DNA from: Octopus sinensis
Lineage: Eukaryota
NCBI RefSeq assembly: GCF_006345805.1
Contig: NC_043020.1
Span: 10,602,001 to 10,666,000, forward strand
Length of the DNA: 64,000 nucleotides
Direction of reading: 5' to 3'
Positions 1 to 13,828 of the stretch are shown one piece after another. The stretch's first letter is position 1. Every line of letters starts with the position of its first letter. The notes beneath the pieces were generated by a model. That model had not been told where the DNA came from and searched no databases. It was given only the letters and a program-made list of their open reading frames with translations. The translations under genes and the position numbers were made by a program.

Positions 1-544
1 TTTGCAGGGACGTAAACACACCAGCATCGGTTGTCAGCAATGCTAGGGGGACAAACACTGACAGACAAACACACACACACACACACATATATATATACAT
101 ATATACAACGGGCTTCTTTCAGTTTCCGTCTACCAAATCCACTCACAAGGCTTTGGTCAGCCTGAGGCTATAGTAGAAGACACTTGCCCAAGGTGCCATG
201 CAGTGGGACTGAACCTGGAACCATGTGGTTCATAAGCAAACTACGTGACACTCAGCCACTCCTATATATATATATATAATATATATATATAAATTTAGAT
301 AGAGGTTGAAATAACCTCATTAAGGGGTAAAAATATCAAATGAATTAATACTACTGTTTTTGGGGGGTTTTTTTGTGAATAGTAATATTCATAAAATAAT
401 TGGTTTATAAATATTCAAATTAAAATTCAGAAAATGGTGATGTAGCATTAATATAAGAGAATATGTTGAATTTTTGCAGTTAATAACTTATATCAATGCT
501 ACATCTTCATTTTCTGAATATATATATATATATATATATACATA

Positions 545-950
545 GGCGCAGGGGTGGCTGTGTGGTAAGTAGCTTGCTAACCAACCACATGGTTCCGTGT
601 TCAGTCCCACTGCGTGGCATCTTGGGCAAGTGTCTTCTGCTATAGCCCCGGGCCGACCAATGCCTTGTGAGTGGATTTGGTAGACGGAAACTGAAAGAAG
701 CCTGTCGTATATATGTATATATATGTATATATATGTATGTGTGTGTGTTTGTGTGTCTGTGTTTGTTCCCCTAGCATTGCTTGACAACCGATGCTGGTGT
801 GTTTACGTCCCCGTCACTTAGCGGTTCGGCAAAAAGAGACCGATAGAATAAGTACTGGGATTACAAAAAGAATGAGTCCCAGGGTCGAGTTGCTCGACTA
901 AAAGGCGGTGCCCCAGCATGGCCGCAGTCAAAATGACTGAAACAAGTAAA
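545..950 (+). mobile_element. tRNA-derived SINE family A. Other copies at about 1-262(-), 1310-1697(-), 6835-7225(+), 23190-23570(-), 26448-27037(+, interrupted), 29775-30173(-), 34115-34505(-), 38650-39015(+), 47705-48080(-), 55825-55995(-)
   Basis: Pol III A box TGGCTGTGTGG, B box GTTCAGTCCC, CORE-like cttgggcaagtg, internal TA/TG microsatellite and a gaaacaagtaaaaga tail. Many near-identical copies. Confidence 0.9.
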
Positions 951-971
951 AGAAAAGAAAAGAAAAGAAAG

Positions 972-1012
<41 letters not shown>

Positions 1013-1775
1013 GTGTGCGTGAGTATTTAGGAAAAACCACTAGATGGATAACCATACGCTAGAAGAAGATCACACACGATCTAACTACAAAGGAAGAATG
1101 TTCTCCAGAGAAAATTCAGTGAACACCAGAACATAAACGGGCAAGACAGATGAAAATTATATAAAAATTATATAAAATTCAATGAATTTTCTCTGGAGAA
1201 CATTTTTTTCTTTATAGTTAGATTGTATGTGATCTTCTTCTAGCATATGGTTATCCACCTAGTGGTTTCCCTAAATATACACATTCTCTTTTTTTCCTTT
1301 TCCTCTTTAACTTTTTTCAGTCATTTGACTGCGGCCATGCTGGAGCACCGCCTTTAATCAAGCAACTCGACCCCGGTACTTTTCTTTTGTAAGCCCGGTA
1401 CTTATCCTATCAGTCTCTTTTGCCGAACCACTAAGTGACGGGGACATAAACACACCAGCACCAGTTGTCAAGCAATGCTAGGGGGACAAACACAGACACA
1501 CAAACACACACACGCATATATATATATATATACATATACACGACGGGCTTCTTTCAGTTTCCGTCTACCAAATCCACTCACAAGCTTTGGTCGGCCTGAG
1601 GCTATAGTAGAAAATACTTGCCCAAGGTGCCACGCAGTGGGACTGAACCCAGAACCATGTGGTTGGTGTAAACAAGCTACTTACCACACAGCCACTCAGA
1701 TTTTTTATATGTTAGGCTACTGGTTTTAAATTGATATTAATCAAATTGATATTCAATTTATCTCCCTCATTATTT

Positions 1776-1819
<44 letters not shown>

Positions 1820-2067
1820 ATTGGACATGCAGTCATGGGTTTATTAGCACAACTTATAATGATATACATATACTTTATGCTAAAATTTATATGTTTTAAT
1901 ATACTTTTGATAAATAAATAAATACTATTAGAAACAAAGGCTTATGAATTATACAATAGTTTACTGAAGTGTGGTAAAGTAATAGAAAAAAATTATAGGT
2001 AAGAGAATGTTATGTATATATTACTAAGTAAATAAGGTTTAATGATTCATTAGAATGATTAACTGTA

Positions 2068-2106
<39 letters not shown>

Positions 2107-2364
2107 CTATACAATATGTTACATTACTCGGTAGTCAAGATAAAACTCTGAGTTTCAGATGCCGAAGTGGAAATCCACAACACCATCTCTTCGGTTATCT
2201 GGCTATTTCTGTGATATGCGTCCATATTAGATTCTTTTGTTTGTGAGAGTCCTCAACCGATGTTAGGCGATAATCCCAAAAAGGTCGTATTAGTTCTTAG
2301 TTGAGAATAACGTCGTCCGGGAGGTGATTTATTGATAAAACGGTAAGATAACAAAAGAATAGCC

Positions 2365-2427
2365 AGATAACCGAAGAGATGGTGTTGTGGATTTCCACTT
2401 CGGCATCTGAAACTCAGAGTTTTATCT
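2365..2427 (+). ncRNA. Hammerhead-like motif, U4C variant. Inverted copy at about 2137-2200(-), relative at about 50605-50668(-)
   Basis: AGAUAA-CCGAAGA-GAUG...CAUC-u-GAAA-CUCaGAG-UU-UUAUCU. Confidence 0.55.
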
Positions 2428-2697
2428 TGACTACCGAGTAATGTAACATATTGTATAGATAAATTTCCTCTATTTACATAATATTGAGGTCTCTTTCTTT
2501 CTTTTGTTATCTTACCGTTTTATCAATATATATATATATATATATACTGGAGTAAACACATAAATGTGAAACAAGGTGGAAAAAAGAGTACTCAAATACC
2601 AGTGGTAGAGTAATATGCTTTATTTAAAGCAGCAGAAAATTCAATGTGAAACTCAGAGTAACAGGTTTTGTTGAATTTTCTGCTGCTTTAAATAAAG

Positions 2698-2738
<41 letters not shown>

Positions 2739-2740
<2 letters not shown>

Positions 2741-3012
2741 AGGCACAATAGCCCAGTGGTTAGGGCAGCGGACTCGCGGCCGTAGGATCGCGGTTTCGAT
2801 TCCCAGGCCGGGCATTGTGAGTGTTTATTGAGTGAAAACACCTAAAAGCTCCCTGATGCCCCGGCAGGGGGTGGTGATCCCTGCTGTACTCTTTCACACT
2901 CTTTCTTCTATTGGCCTGCTCGCTTAGCCAGCGGGGTGGCGTCATTCGAAGGCTAAAACATTGTGACCAGCGATGTGTAACAACATCTGATGGTCTGGTC
3001 GGTCACGTGATC
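2739..3012 (+). mobile_element. tRNA-derived SINE family C. Related pieces on - at about 31065-31420 and 47205-47350
   Basis: tRNA-like head gcccagtggttagggcagcggactcgcg...ggtttcgattccc. Confidence 0.8.
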
Positions 3013-3603
3013 ACTATAAGATGTCTGTCATAGATAAAAGCTTATGATCCATAGGTGTATTCAGGCATGTTATTATATATTGATTATATGATAGCTTTCT
3101 TTGCATTTAACCAGATGCCTCTGAGCAGGTATCACCATGACAACTTTCTCTCTCGTGGTCAATGCAATAATCCCATGCAACACATGCTCATTCCAGCAGA
3201 AGTGAGCTTAGAATGTTCAATCGTAAAGAGCAAGCACAGCAGTGTCCAAGGCAAATCTGTGCCAAGCAGCTTGACACTTGCATGCTTTAGCTTTGTTACT
3301 ATGGCAACAGTCCAGATACTTATTCTTTTCCATGCTAGGCGCAAGGCCCAACATTTTGGGGGGGGGGGGAGGAGGGGCAGTCAATTAGATCGACCCCCAG
3401 TATGCAACTGGTACTTAATTTATCGACCCCCGAAAGGATGAAAGGCAAAGTTGACCTCGGTGGGATTTGAACTCAGAATGTAAAGATACGGAATACTGCT
3501 GAGCATTTCACCCTGTGTGCTCCAGATACTTATTGATCAGACTTTGTATCTTGTATGTATGTATGTATATGTATGTGTGTGTATGTATGTATGTATGTAA
3601 GTA

Positions 3604-3634
<31 letters not shown>

Positions 3635-3649
3635 CATCATCATCATCAT

Positions 3650-4524
3650 CATCATTTAACGTCCGCTTTCCATGCTAGCATGGGTTGGACGGTTCAACTG
3701 GGGTCTGGGGAGCCCGAAGGCTGCACCAGGCCAGTCAGATCTGGCAGTGTTTCTACAGCTGGATGCCCTTCCTAACGCCAACCACTCCGAGAGTGTAGTG
3801 GGTGATTTTATGTGCCACCGACACAGGTGCCAGACGAGGCTGGCGAACGGCCACGCTCGGATGGTGTTTTTTATGTGCCACCGACACAGGTGCCAGACGA
3901 GGCTGGCAGACGGCCACACTCGGATGGTGTTTTTTATGTGCCACCGACACAGGTACCAGATGAGGCTGGCGAATGGCCACGATCGGATAGTGTTTGTTAC
4001 GTGCCCACAGCACGGAGGCCAGTCAATGCGGTACTGGCTACGGCCACGTTCGGATGGTTTTCTTGTGTGCCACCGGCACTGGTACCACAAAGATACAAAT
4101 TCCATTGATGTTCATCTATTTTGATTTGGTTTGATTTTCACTTGCCTCAACAGGTCTTCACAAGTGTCACAAGAAGGAAGGTATGCACAGGTGGACTGAC
4201 TACGTCCCAGGTAGGGGCCACGGGTTATGGCCTGACTAGTCTTGCCGGGTCTTCTCACGCACAGCATACTTCCATAGGTCTCAGTCTCTAGTCATTTCCT
4301 TGGTGAGACCTAAAGTTCGAAGGTCGTGCTTCACCACCTCGTCCCAGGTTTCCCTGGGTCTACCTCTTCCACAGGTTCCCTCAACTGCTAGGGTGTAGCA
4401 CTTTTGCATACAACTATCTTCAGCCATTCTCGTCACATGACCATACCAGCGCAGCCGTCTCTCTTGCACACCACAACTGATGCTTCTTAGGTCCAAATTT
4501 TCTCTCAAGGTACTTACACTCTGA

Positions 4525-4525
<1 letters not shown>
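3650..4525 (-). mobile_element. 3' end of RTE-clade LINE: ORF end plus 3' UTR with ~57-bp subrepeats and (TGA)n tail. 3' UTR-only copies occur throughout the window
   Basis: ERRLRWYGHVTRM...GRGRPRETWDEVVKHDL is the typical RTE C-terminus, followed by gtgccaccg/acac subrepeats and a gatgatgat tail. Confidence 0.9.
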
Positions 4526-4577
<52 letters not shown>

Positions 4578-7500
4578 GTGTGTGTGTGTATGTATGTATG
4601 TATGTATTAATAGAAATGGTAAGATTACAAAAGAATGAAAGAGACCTCACTATTATGTAAATAGAGGAATTTATCTGTAAATGTAATATGTGACAATTTT
4701 TCGATATATGATCTGGACATCGGAAAAAAATGCTATTTTCATGGCATTTTTTTCCGATGCCCTTTGTATTGCCAACCACTCCATGAGTGTAGTGGTTGCT
4801 TTTTACGTGCCAGTTGGGTGGTACTGGCATTGGCCACGACGGTGATTTTACTGGACTCAATAGGTCCTCTCAAGCACAGGACATTGCCCGATGATTGAAT
4901 GGAACTCTTAAATGGGCCAGTTATGCAACACTGGCATAGGGCCATAGCCAAATCCCCAAAACTGCTCTGCTGGGGACAGCTAGAACTTTGAGATTGGTAC
5001 TTGATTGTTGAATGTCTCCCACGATAATTAACAACCAAGTATCAAAGCTTATAATGTGTGAAAAGAGACCCTGTGAGATCTCTGACAGCAGGCTGCTGTC
5101 CCCTCTCATAGAATCTATCAGAACAAATAAGACCAAACGTTCTGAGAAGTAAAGCAATTATAATAAAATACAATACTGTAGTCTTGTATCTGCCACTTTA
5201 TTCATTGGTTTCATACCAGGAGTTAGGATAATCTTAACAATCATCAGATTATCAAAAAATGTCTGAAAGGACATTTTCAAACTCTCTGTGGCAAAGAACT
5301 CAAGCCATAGCATTCCATCCAACCCTTTTCTGATGATTGCTGGGATTACCTCCACTACTGGTATGAAACTGATAGATAAAGTGGCTGATATGAGAATATG
5401 ATATTGTAGTTAATTAATAGTGATTTACCTACTCTATTAACCAACGTATAATACCTGTTTTTTTTCCAACTCTTGAATTTTTAACATAGCTCTGTATGTG
5501 TGTGTAGTGGGTGTTTGTATGTCTTTGTCTTGACTTTACATGATGGTTGTAAACAAGCATCACCATCATATAAGCAGTGTTGTTCATTTCAAGTCTTCCA
5601 TGGAAATACATCTGGCCATGGGGAAATATTACCTTGAGGTGAAGGTTGGCGACATCCAACTGTAGAAAATATGTCTCAGCAAATTCTGTCTGACCCATGC
5701 AAGCTTGGAGAAGTGAACATTAAAATGATAATTATGATGATTATGATGATGCTTATTTATATTTAAAAATATGTCTTATAATTTCTTTACTACAGCATCG
5801 GTTCCTGGACCCCAGGGGAAATTGTACAAAATCCTACCTCGTGCTGGTATTGGAAGGTAAGAGTTTTGTGTAGATGCTTGTGTGTGTGTGTTTGTGTGTA
5901 TAAGTGTGTGGTTGTTCACATTTTCACTTCTCCAAAACCCACATGCTACAAATGGTAATGTCATTTCTCTCAACAACAACTTGTCTGCTGGCTTTAAGCC
6001 CTCTAAAATGTTTGAAATCAGAGACACCTTACTTGAGAAACAAGCAAGAGTTAATAACTGGAAGGGCACCTGACTGTAAAACACTACTTTAACAATATAT
6101 TCCTCTAACCCATGCTACCATGGAAAAGTGGACGTAAATGACAAAGCTTTGGTTAATCCAAAGCCATGATAGAAGGTGCTGGAGAGTGGTATTGAATCTG
6201 AGATCCCATGGTTGTAAAATAAACTTTTTAACCATTCAGCCATGCTTCCAGTAAAACAATAGGTGCAAGATCATTGAGGGAAGTTCCCTGTGAGAGATCC
6301 AGGATCCTTGTGAGTGTCCAAGAACATTTAGCTCTTTGTTCAAGTCAATGATAAGTAATGACCCTTAAAGGTTCCTTTGGGTCTTAAGAGAAAGGGTAAA
6401 GAAACCCTTTGGTCATAAATGACCATGGAATTGCAACTAGAATGTTCCCCTCCAAGGCACAAGTCTAGATAAAGTTGTTTATGGGAGACCAGCACTCACC
6501 CATGCATACCAGCCTCTCCTCTCCACGTCACTGATGTTATCCAAGGCAAAGGCAAAGGCCGATACAGCTTGGCACCAGTGATGTTGCGACTCATTTCTAC
6601 AGCTGAGTGAACTGGAGTGATTTGTGAGCTGCTAACAGGATACGTCTAATTTATTGGTCTAATTGTTTAACTCCTTCAAAACCAATCTGCTCAAGGTTTC
6701 TGGTTATGTGAGACATTCTTCCTACTTTAAAGTGATCTAAATTAAAATTTTCTGTCAAAATTACATGTTAATTACATGTTAATTTGTTCAAAACATCAAC
6801 TCAGTAGTTATTTTACTAAAATCTTCATTAGGCAAAGGAGTGGCTGTGTGGTAAGTAGCTTGCTAACCAACCACATGGTTCAGTCCCACTGCGTGGCATC
6901 TTGGGCAAGTGTCTTCTACTATAGCCTCGGGCCGACCAAAGCCTTGTGAGTGGATTTGGTAGACGGAAACTGAAAGAAGCCTGTTGTATATATATATATG
7001 TATGTGTGTGTATATGTTTGTGTGTCTGTGTTTGACCCCCTAGCATTGCTTGACAACCGATGCTGGTGTGTTTACATCCCCGTAACTTAGCGGTTCGGCA
7101 AAAGAGAACCGATAGAATAAGTACTGGGCTTACAAAAGAATAAGTCCCGGGGTCGAATCGCTTGACTAAAGGCGGTGCTCCTGCATGGCTGCAGTCAAAT
7201 GACTGAAACAAGTAAAAGAGTAAAGAGTATTTTCAAAATACATTGAATTAATCCTTTAACATTTAAACAGGCCATGTCCAGCCAAATTATTCTGCATGTT
7301 TTATGTTCAAACTGGCCAGATATGACCTCTCCTATCTATCCTTTAATGTCATTCTAAAAATAACAATCACATCTTCATCGTCATCGTTTAACATCTGCTT
7401 TCCATGCTAGCATGGGTTGGATGATTTGACTGAGGTCTGGCAAACCAGATGGCTGCCAGATCTGGCCAAATTTCTACAGCTGGATGCCCTTCCTAACGCC

Positions 7501-8744
7501 AACCACTCTGAGAGTGTAGGGGATGCTTTTACGTGCCACCGGCACGTGGGCCAGTCAGGCGGTACTGGCAATGGCCAAACTCAAATGGTGTTTTTTACGT
7601 GCCACCTGCACAGGAGCCAGTCCAGCGGCACTGGCAACAACCTCACTCGAATGTTTTTTTTCATGTGCCACTGGCACAAATGCCAGTAAGGTGACATCAT
7701 CATCATTTAAAGTCCATTTTTCCATGCTGGCATGGGTTGGACAGTTTGACTGAGGTCTGGAGAGCCAGCGGCTGCACTTGTCTCTAACCAAGAGTGTAGT
7801 GGGTGCTTTTTATGTGCCACCAGCACAGGAGCCAGTCAGGCAGGCCTGACATCAATCATGTTCTGATAGTGCATTTTATGTGTCACCAGCATGGGAGCCA
7901 GTCAGTGGGTACTGGCATCAGTCACATTTGGATGGTGCTTTCTACATGCCACCAGCACAGGAGCTAATCAGGGGTTACTAGCATTGGCCACGTTCAGATA
8001 GTGTTTTTTATGTGCCACTAACACAGGAGCCAGTCAGGCAGACCTTAGCATCAACCACATTCAGATGGTACTCTTTTTAGGCGGCGAGGTGGCAGAAACG
8101 TTAGCGCGCCGGACAAAATGTTTAGCAATATTTCGTCTGCCGTTACATTCTGAGTTCAAATTCCGCCGAGGTCGACTTTGCCTTTCATCCTTTCAGGGGC
8201 GATAAATTAAGTACCAGTCATGCACTGGAGTCAATGTATTCGACTTAATACCTATGTCTGTCCTTGTTTGTCTCTTCTGTGTTTAGCCCCTTGTGGGTAG
8301 TAAAGAAATAGGTACTTTTTACATGCTACCGGCACAGGAGCCAATCAGGGGTCACTGACCACAACTACAGTATTGATTTTACTTGACTCAATAGGTCTTC
8401 TCAAGCATATCGTATTGCCCAATGCATCAGGGGTACTCTTAACTGAGCTGGACATGCATGGCAGCAATCTCACTTTAGTTGCCGGGTCTTCAATTACAGC
8501 ATATCGCCAAAGCATATCTCCTGTCATTGCCTCGTTTAACATCCGCTTTCCATGCTAGCATGGGTTGGACGATTTGACTGAGGACTGACAAACCAGATGG
8601 CTGCACCAGGCACCAATCTGATCTGACAGAGTTTCTACAGGTGGATGCCCTTCCTAGTGCCAACCACTCCGAGAGTGTAGTGGGTGCTTTTACGTGCCAC
8701 TGGCACGAGGGCCAGTCATGCAGTACTGGCAATGGCCAAGCTCA

Positions 8745-9510
8745 AATGTGATGCTTCACCACCTCATCCCATGTCTTTCTGGGTCTACCTCTTCCACAGT
8801 TAGGGAGTGGCACTTCCTCACACAGCTGTTCTCATCCATACGTTACACATGACCATACCAGCGCAGTCATCTCTCTTGCACACCACATCTGACACTTTTT
8901 ATGCTCAATTTTCCTCTCAGTTACACTCTGTCGTGTATGCACACTGACATTATACATCCAACGGATCATACAAGCTTCATTTCTTTCAAGCATATGCATG
9001 TCCTCAGCAGTGATGGCCCATGTTTCACTGCTGTGTAGCCTGGCAGTTCACACACATGCATCATACAGTCTACCTTTCATCCTGAGCAAGAGGCCCTTAG
9101 TTGCCAGCAGAGGTAGGAGCTCCCTAAACTTTACACTGATTATTCTTATTCTAGCCACAACACTCTCAGAGCAAGTACTACAGACTTGGTCCCCTAGGTA
9201 GCGGAAGATATTACCTAATTCTAGTTTCTCCCCCTGGCATGTAATCAAATCTGTTTTCTGTACATCTTCAGTGTTTATTGCCCCTGTGCATCAGCCACAC
9301 ACAAAAACTATCTTCCTGGTTAACCTTCCCTTGATATTACTGCACCTTCTATGTGTCCATAGCTTACAGCAAGCACATTGTACGGAATTTCTACCCACAC
9401 CTTTTCTATAAATCAAGCTGGGCCATCTACCTGAAGGGGTTTATGATTTGACAGCCTTCCTGTTTGCTAACACTTTAGTTTTTGCGTGGTTAACCCTAAG
9501 ATTCTTCTCA
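8745..9510 (-). mobile_element. Decayed RTE LINE RT C-terminal fragment
   Basis: FRYLGDQV...RIRI...KFRELLPLLATKG...KGRLYDACV, with frameshifts. Confidence 0.85.
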
Positions 9511-9912
9511 AAGTTACAAGATAATGCATGACTAATTTGTAAATAATCAGAATGCTAAAGGGTTAAAGGCAGTGTATTTCAACTGAAATATGATCACAAA
9601 ATGGTTAATGAGACCATCAACTCAATCATTCATAAATAAAAGGTTAACTTGTATAGTGTTTAACCTTTTACGATTCACATTATTCTGTCAAAAGTAATGC
9701 ATATTTATTCACTTGGCTTTGAATTGATCATGCATTATCTTGTAGTGATGAGAATTTGATGAGATAACTGTTAATTTTTAGAATGATATTGTTGGGCTGA
9801 TATAAGAGTTTACATTTGACCAATTTCAACATGAAACAGGTAGAAAATTTATGCCAGATATGGCCTGTTTAAATGCTAGAAAGTGAAGTGTTGTTTCATC
9901 CTTCTATTACAG

Positions 9913-10018
9913 GTTGTCCAAGCACACAAACACGTTAGCAGAAGATTTTTGTTTAAAACTCAATGAAATCATCAAGAAAATCTCTATCACCAAACCCCAT
10001 TTTATTTATTGCCTAAAG
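9913..10018 (+). CDS. dachs: Dachs-like myosin exon, motor domain (LSKHTNTLAEDFCLKLNEIIKKISITKPHFIYCLK); upstream exons not found in window
   Basis: ttacAG acceptor and GTaagt donor. Translation matches the myosin TL..DF...L...PHFxxC region. Ends in phase 0, as the next exon requires. Confidence 0.9.
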
Positions 10019-10310
10019 GTAAGTAGAGAGCAAACAATCTATACTCATTGAATTATATACCTTCTTGTATGGTTGCTCTTCTCCAACCACTGCAGTCCTC
10101 TAATAATCCCATCTGACGTGAATGCTCCCACCATTCCCTTACCATAAGAAACACTCCGTATCATTGACTCCCCACACTTTCACTTGATGCAACGAGCTGG
10201 CAGAATTATTAATTAAGATACTGAACAAAATTCTTAATAGCATTTCATCTGTCATTATGTTCTGAGTTCAGGGCGGTGAGGTGGCAGAAATACTAGCAGA
10301 AACACTTAAT

Positions 10311-11635
10311 AAGGCGGTGAGCTGGCAGAATCGTTAGCACGCCGGGCAAAATGCTTTGTGGTATTTTGTCCGCTGCTGCATTCTGAGTTCAAATTCCGCC
10401 GAGGTCGACTTTGCCTTTCATCCTCTCGGGGTCGATTAAATAAATGGCAGTTACACACTGGGGTTGATATAATCGACTTAATCCATTTGTCTGTCCTTGT
10501 CCATCCCCCTTGTGAGTAGTAAAGAAATATGTATTTCGTCTGCCGTTACATTCTGAGTTCAAATTCCGCCAAAGTCGACTCTACCTTTCATCCTTTTGAG
10601 GTCGATTAAATAAGTACCAGTTATGCACTGGGGTTGATATAATCGACTTAATCCGTTTATCTGTCTTTGTTTGTCCACTCTGTGTTTAGCCCCTTGTGGG
10701 TAGTAAAGAAATTGGTATTTTGTCTGCCGCTACATTCTGAGTTCAAATTCCGCCAAAGTCGACTTTGCCTTTTATCCTTTCAGGGTCGATTAAATAAGTA
10801 CCAGTTATGCACTTAATCCCTTTATCTGTCCTTGTTTGTCTCCTCTGTGTTTAGCCCCTTGTGGATAGTAAAGAAATAGGTATTTCATCTGTCTTTACGT
10901 TGAGTTCAAATTCCGCCAAGGTCGACTTTACCTTTCATCCTTTCGCGGTTGATAAATTAAGTACCAGTTATGCACTGGGGTTGATGTAATAAAATTAATC
11001 CCTTTGTCCCCTCTATGTTTAGCCCCTTGTGGGCAGTAAAGAAATAAGAAACACCAGCAGGCCAGGCAAAATGCTTAGTGGTATTTCATCTGTCTTTACA
11101 TCCTGAGTTCAAATTCCGACAAGGTCAACTTTGCCTTTCATCCTTTTGGGATCGATAAATTAAGTACCAGTTGTGTTCTGGAGTCGATATAATCGACTGG
11201 CCCCCACCCTCAAAATTTCAGGCCTTGTGCCTAGAGTAGAAAAGATTATGTTCTGAGTTCAAATTCTGCCAAGGTCAACTCTGTCTTCATCTTTTTGGGG
11301 TCGATAAAAGTTAGTACCATTTGTGTCATGGGGTTGATGTAATTGATTGTCCCCCTCCCCCAAATTTCAGGCCTTGTGTTTATAGTAGAAAATATCATTA
11401 TTATTATTATTATGGTAATTAAGGCAGCAAGCTGGCAGAATTGTTAGCATGCTGGGCAAAATGCTTAGCAGCATTTCACCCATCTTTACATTCTGAGTTA
11501 AAATTCTGCCATGGTTGACATTGCCTTTCATCCTTTTGGGGTCGATAAATTAAGGACCAGTGAAACACTGGGATCAATGTAATTGACTAGTCCTCTCCCT
11601 CAAAATTTCAGGCCTTGTGCCTTTAGTTGAAAGGA
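10311..11635 (+). mobile_element. Cluster and tandem array of SINE family B (ggcggcgagctggcagaa...gagttcaaattccgccgaggtcgactttgcctttcatcc). Other copies at about 8080-8312, 14567-14800, 22052-22284, 31750-31967(-), 44945-45283(-), 59381-59793, 60535-60940(-)
   Basis: Repeated B-box-like GAGTTCAAATTCC and a conserved gcctttcatcctttcggggtcgat domain. The roughly 180-bp body is tandemly repeated. Confidence 0.88.
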
Positions 11636-11654
11636 TTATTATTATTATTATTAT

Positions 11655-12211
11655 TGAGTGAGCGAGCAGAGCATGCCATCAAAGTGACACTGGGGTAAAA
11701 TATACGAAGCCCAGTATACCCATCATGACTACCTGTTCGATAAGGGCACACCAGGCACATGCATCACAACCATATGTGCGCGACATGGTGATCTCATATC
11801 AAGATAAACAGCACATGACCTTGCAGGTGGAGCCCAGTTAGAATTTTCTTCAGATCGAGTAACCCATCCCGCTCAAAAGGTCCCTGAATAAGGGTTGTTT
11901 AAGGACGTTGAACGAAACACCCATGTCTCCAGAAGTGAATTATTCAAACCCCAAAGAATCCTTCTCAACACATGGCTATGATGCTCCCCCACTACTTCTG
12001 CTCGTGATCAGAGATGCACATATCGTCAGCCACTAAGGGACATGCTCAACTGGTTATGGTCAAACAACTGACAAGCAAATCTGTGGTATTGAGCAGAATA
12101 TTTGCTGTAGCCCATCTTTTATACCAAGACAAAACAATGTACATGATAGCACTTCCAATCAGTTAAGATCAGAAGCCATGAGAGCCACTGCCTGGTACTG
12201 CATCAGGGCAT

Positions 12212-12212
<1 letters not shown>
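11655..12212. repeat. Unclassified interspersed repeat flanked by (ATT)n. Second copy at about 60165-60530 plus 61015-61075, split by SINE B
   Basis: Two long similar copies in the window, both abutting (ATT)n. Confidence 0.7.
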
Positions 12213-12252
<40 letters not shown>

Positions 12253-12415
12253 GTTGTTGTTGTTGTTATTATTATAATAGTTGTTATTATTATTATTATT
12301 ATCATTATTATTATTATAGTTGTTGTTGTTGTTGTTGTTATTATAATAGTTGTTATTATTATTATTATTATCATTATTATTATTATAGTTGTTGTTGTTG
12401 TTATTATTATAATAG

Positions 12416-12456
<41 letters not shown>

Positions 12457-12581
12457 GTTGTTGTTGTTGTTATTATTATCATTATTATTATCATCATCAT
12501 CATCATCATCATTATTATTATTATTATTATTGTTATTATTATTATTATTATTGTTATTATTATTATTATTGTTATTATTGT
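12213..12581. repeat. Compound (ATT/GTT/ATC)n microsatellite
   Basis: Directly visible. Explains the poly-I, poly-N and poly-V ORFs. Confidence 0.97.
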
Positions 12582-13189
12582 TAAGAGGCAGTGAAGTGAC
12601 AGAAGCGTGAGCACATTGAACAAAATGCTCAGTGGCATTTCGTCCATCTTTACATTCTGAGTTCAAATTCCACCAAGATCAACTTTGCCTGTCTTCCTTT
12701 TGGGGTTAATAAAATGAGTACCAGTTGAACAGAGGGGTCAATGTAACTGACTTAACTCTTCCCCCCAAAATTGGTGGCCTTCTGCCAAAATTTGAAACCA
12801 TTATTATTATTAAGGTGGTGAGCTTCACTTTGTCTTTGCTTTTTAAGTTGAAATTCCATCAGGGTCAACTTTACCTTCCATCCCTTCTAGTGGTTGGAAA
12901 AAAAACCCTTTATTTTTGATATTTATCACAATTATTTAATGCAAATGAATCTACTGGCAAATCTTTTATTAATTACTGAGTACAAAAAAAAAGTACATTA
13001 TTGACTAAGAAAATTAAAATTTTCACAATTCCATGTCCCAATAGAAAAAAAACAAAACAAATTGGGGATCCCACACCCCCACCACAATTTTCACAGGCCC
13101 CCACCAGTGGAGCCCTACATTGGGAATCACTGAACCAGCTCCTCCCCACCAACTTTCAAGTCTTGTGCCTATAATAGAAAAGATATTGG

Positions 13190-13665
13190 CATGTGGTCTT
13201 ACCTGTCTCTGGGCATGGACACATTGAAACTCCGACGTCTGGCAGCTGACTTGGCAGACACCCATAAAATTATCCACCATCTTACAAACAATAACTCTGA
13301 GCACCTTTTCAAACTCCACCCATCTAACAGCCGTGGACATATTTACAAAGTCACAAAACAGCACAGCTCCCATGACTTTCGGAAACATTTTTTCACGCTG
13401 AGAGTTGCTGAAGCATGGAACAAACTGCCGGCATCAGTTGTTAGTTGTTGGAGCACTGCATCCTTCAAAACTTCCATGCTTCCTGAGATTCGCCAACACT
13501 ACACCTGATTTTCTCCCCTCCATACACACACAAGCATGTATCTGACTCATACACTGTTCGCTTTCCAGACATTTGTACATTACTGCATATACTCTATATG
13601 CACTTACTGACAAGTTGTGGCGCACCTGAGCACTGTATACAATAATTTCATTATTATTATTATTA
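13190..13665 (+). mobile_element. 3' end of CR1/L2-group LINE
   Basis: LKLRRLAADL...SRGHIYKV...RKHFFTLRVAEAWNKLP, then a 3' UTR and (ATT)n. Confidence 0.85.
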
Positions 13666-13728
13666 TTTATATCTGCTTTGAAATATTTCCCCATTTGCTC
13701 TGATCTGTGGCGTTGGATCTATTTCTAG

Positions 13729-13828
13729 AGCAATGACAGTTCATCCTACCTGACATTTGAAACTGAGGTGATACGAAGACAACTCCAGAGTTTACAGATT
13801 GTAACAACAGCAAACATCATCAAAACAA
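13729..13828 (+). CDS. dachs: Dachs-like myosin exon (SNDSSSYLTFETEVIRRQLQSLQIVTTANIIKT)
   Basis: tttctAG/GTatgt. The SN...F...V.RQ..SLQ..T.N pattern is what I recall for Dachs. Phases 0 to 1 fit both neighbours. Confidence 0.9.

Noticed and set aside
545-620. tRNA gene
   Set aside because: The tRNA-like A/B boxes are SINE heads that continue into a SINE body. No complete cloverleaf.
3115-3201. Possible upstream myosin exon in ORF 3055-3441
   Set aside because: AG/GT sites are present, but there is no myosin similarity and the end phase (0) does not fit the phase-2 start at 9913.
12159-12666. Poly-N/I/V ORFs
   Set aside because: Translations of a trinucleotide microsatellite.
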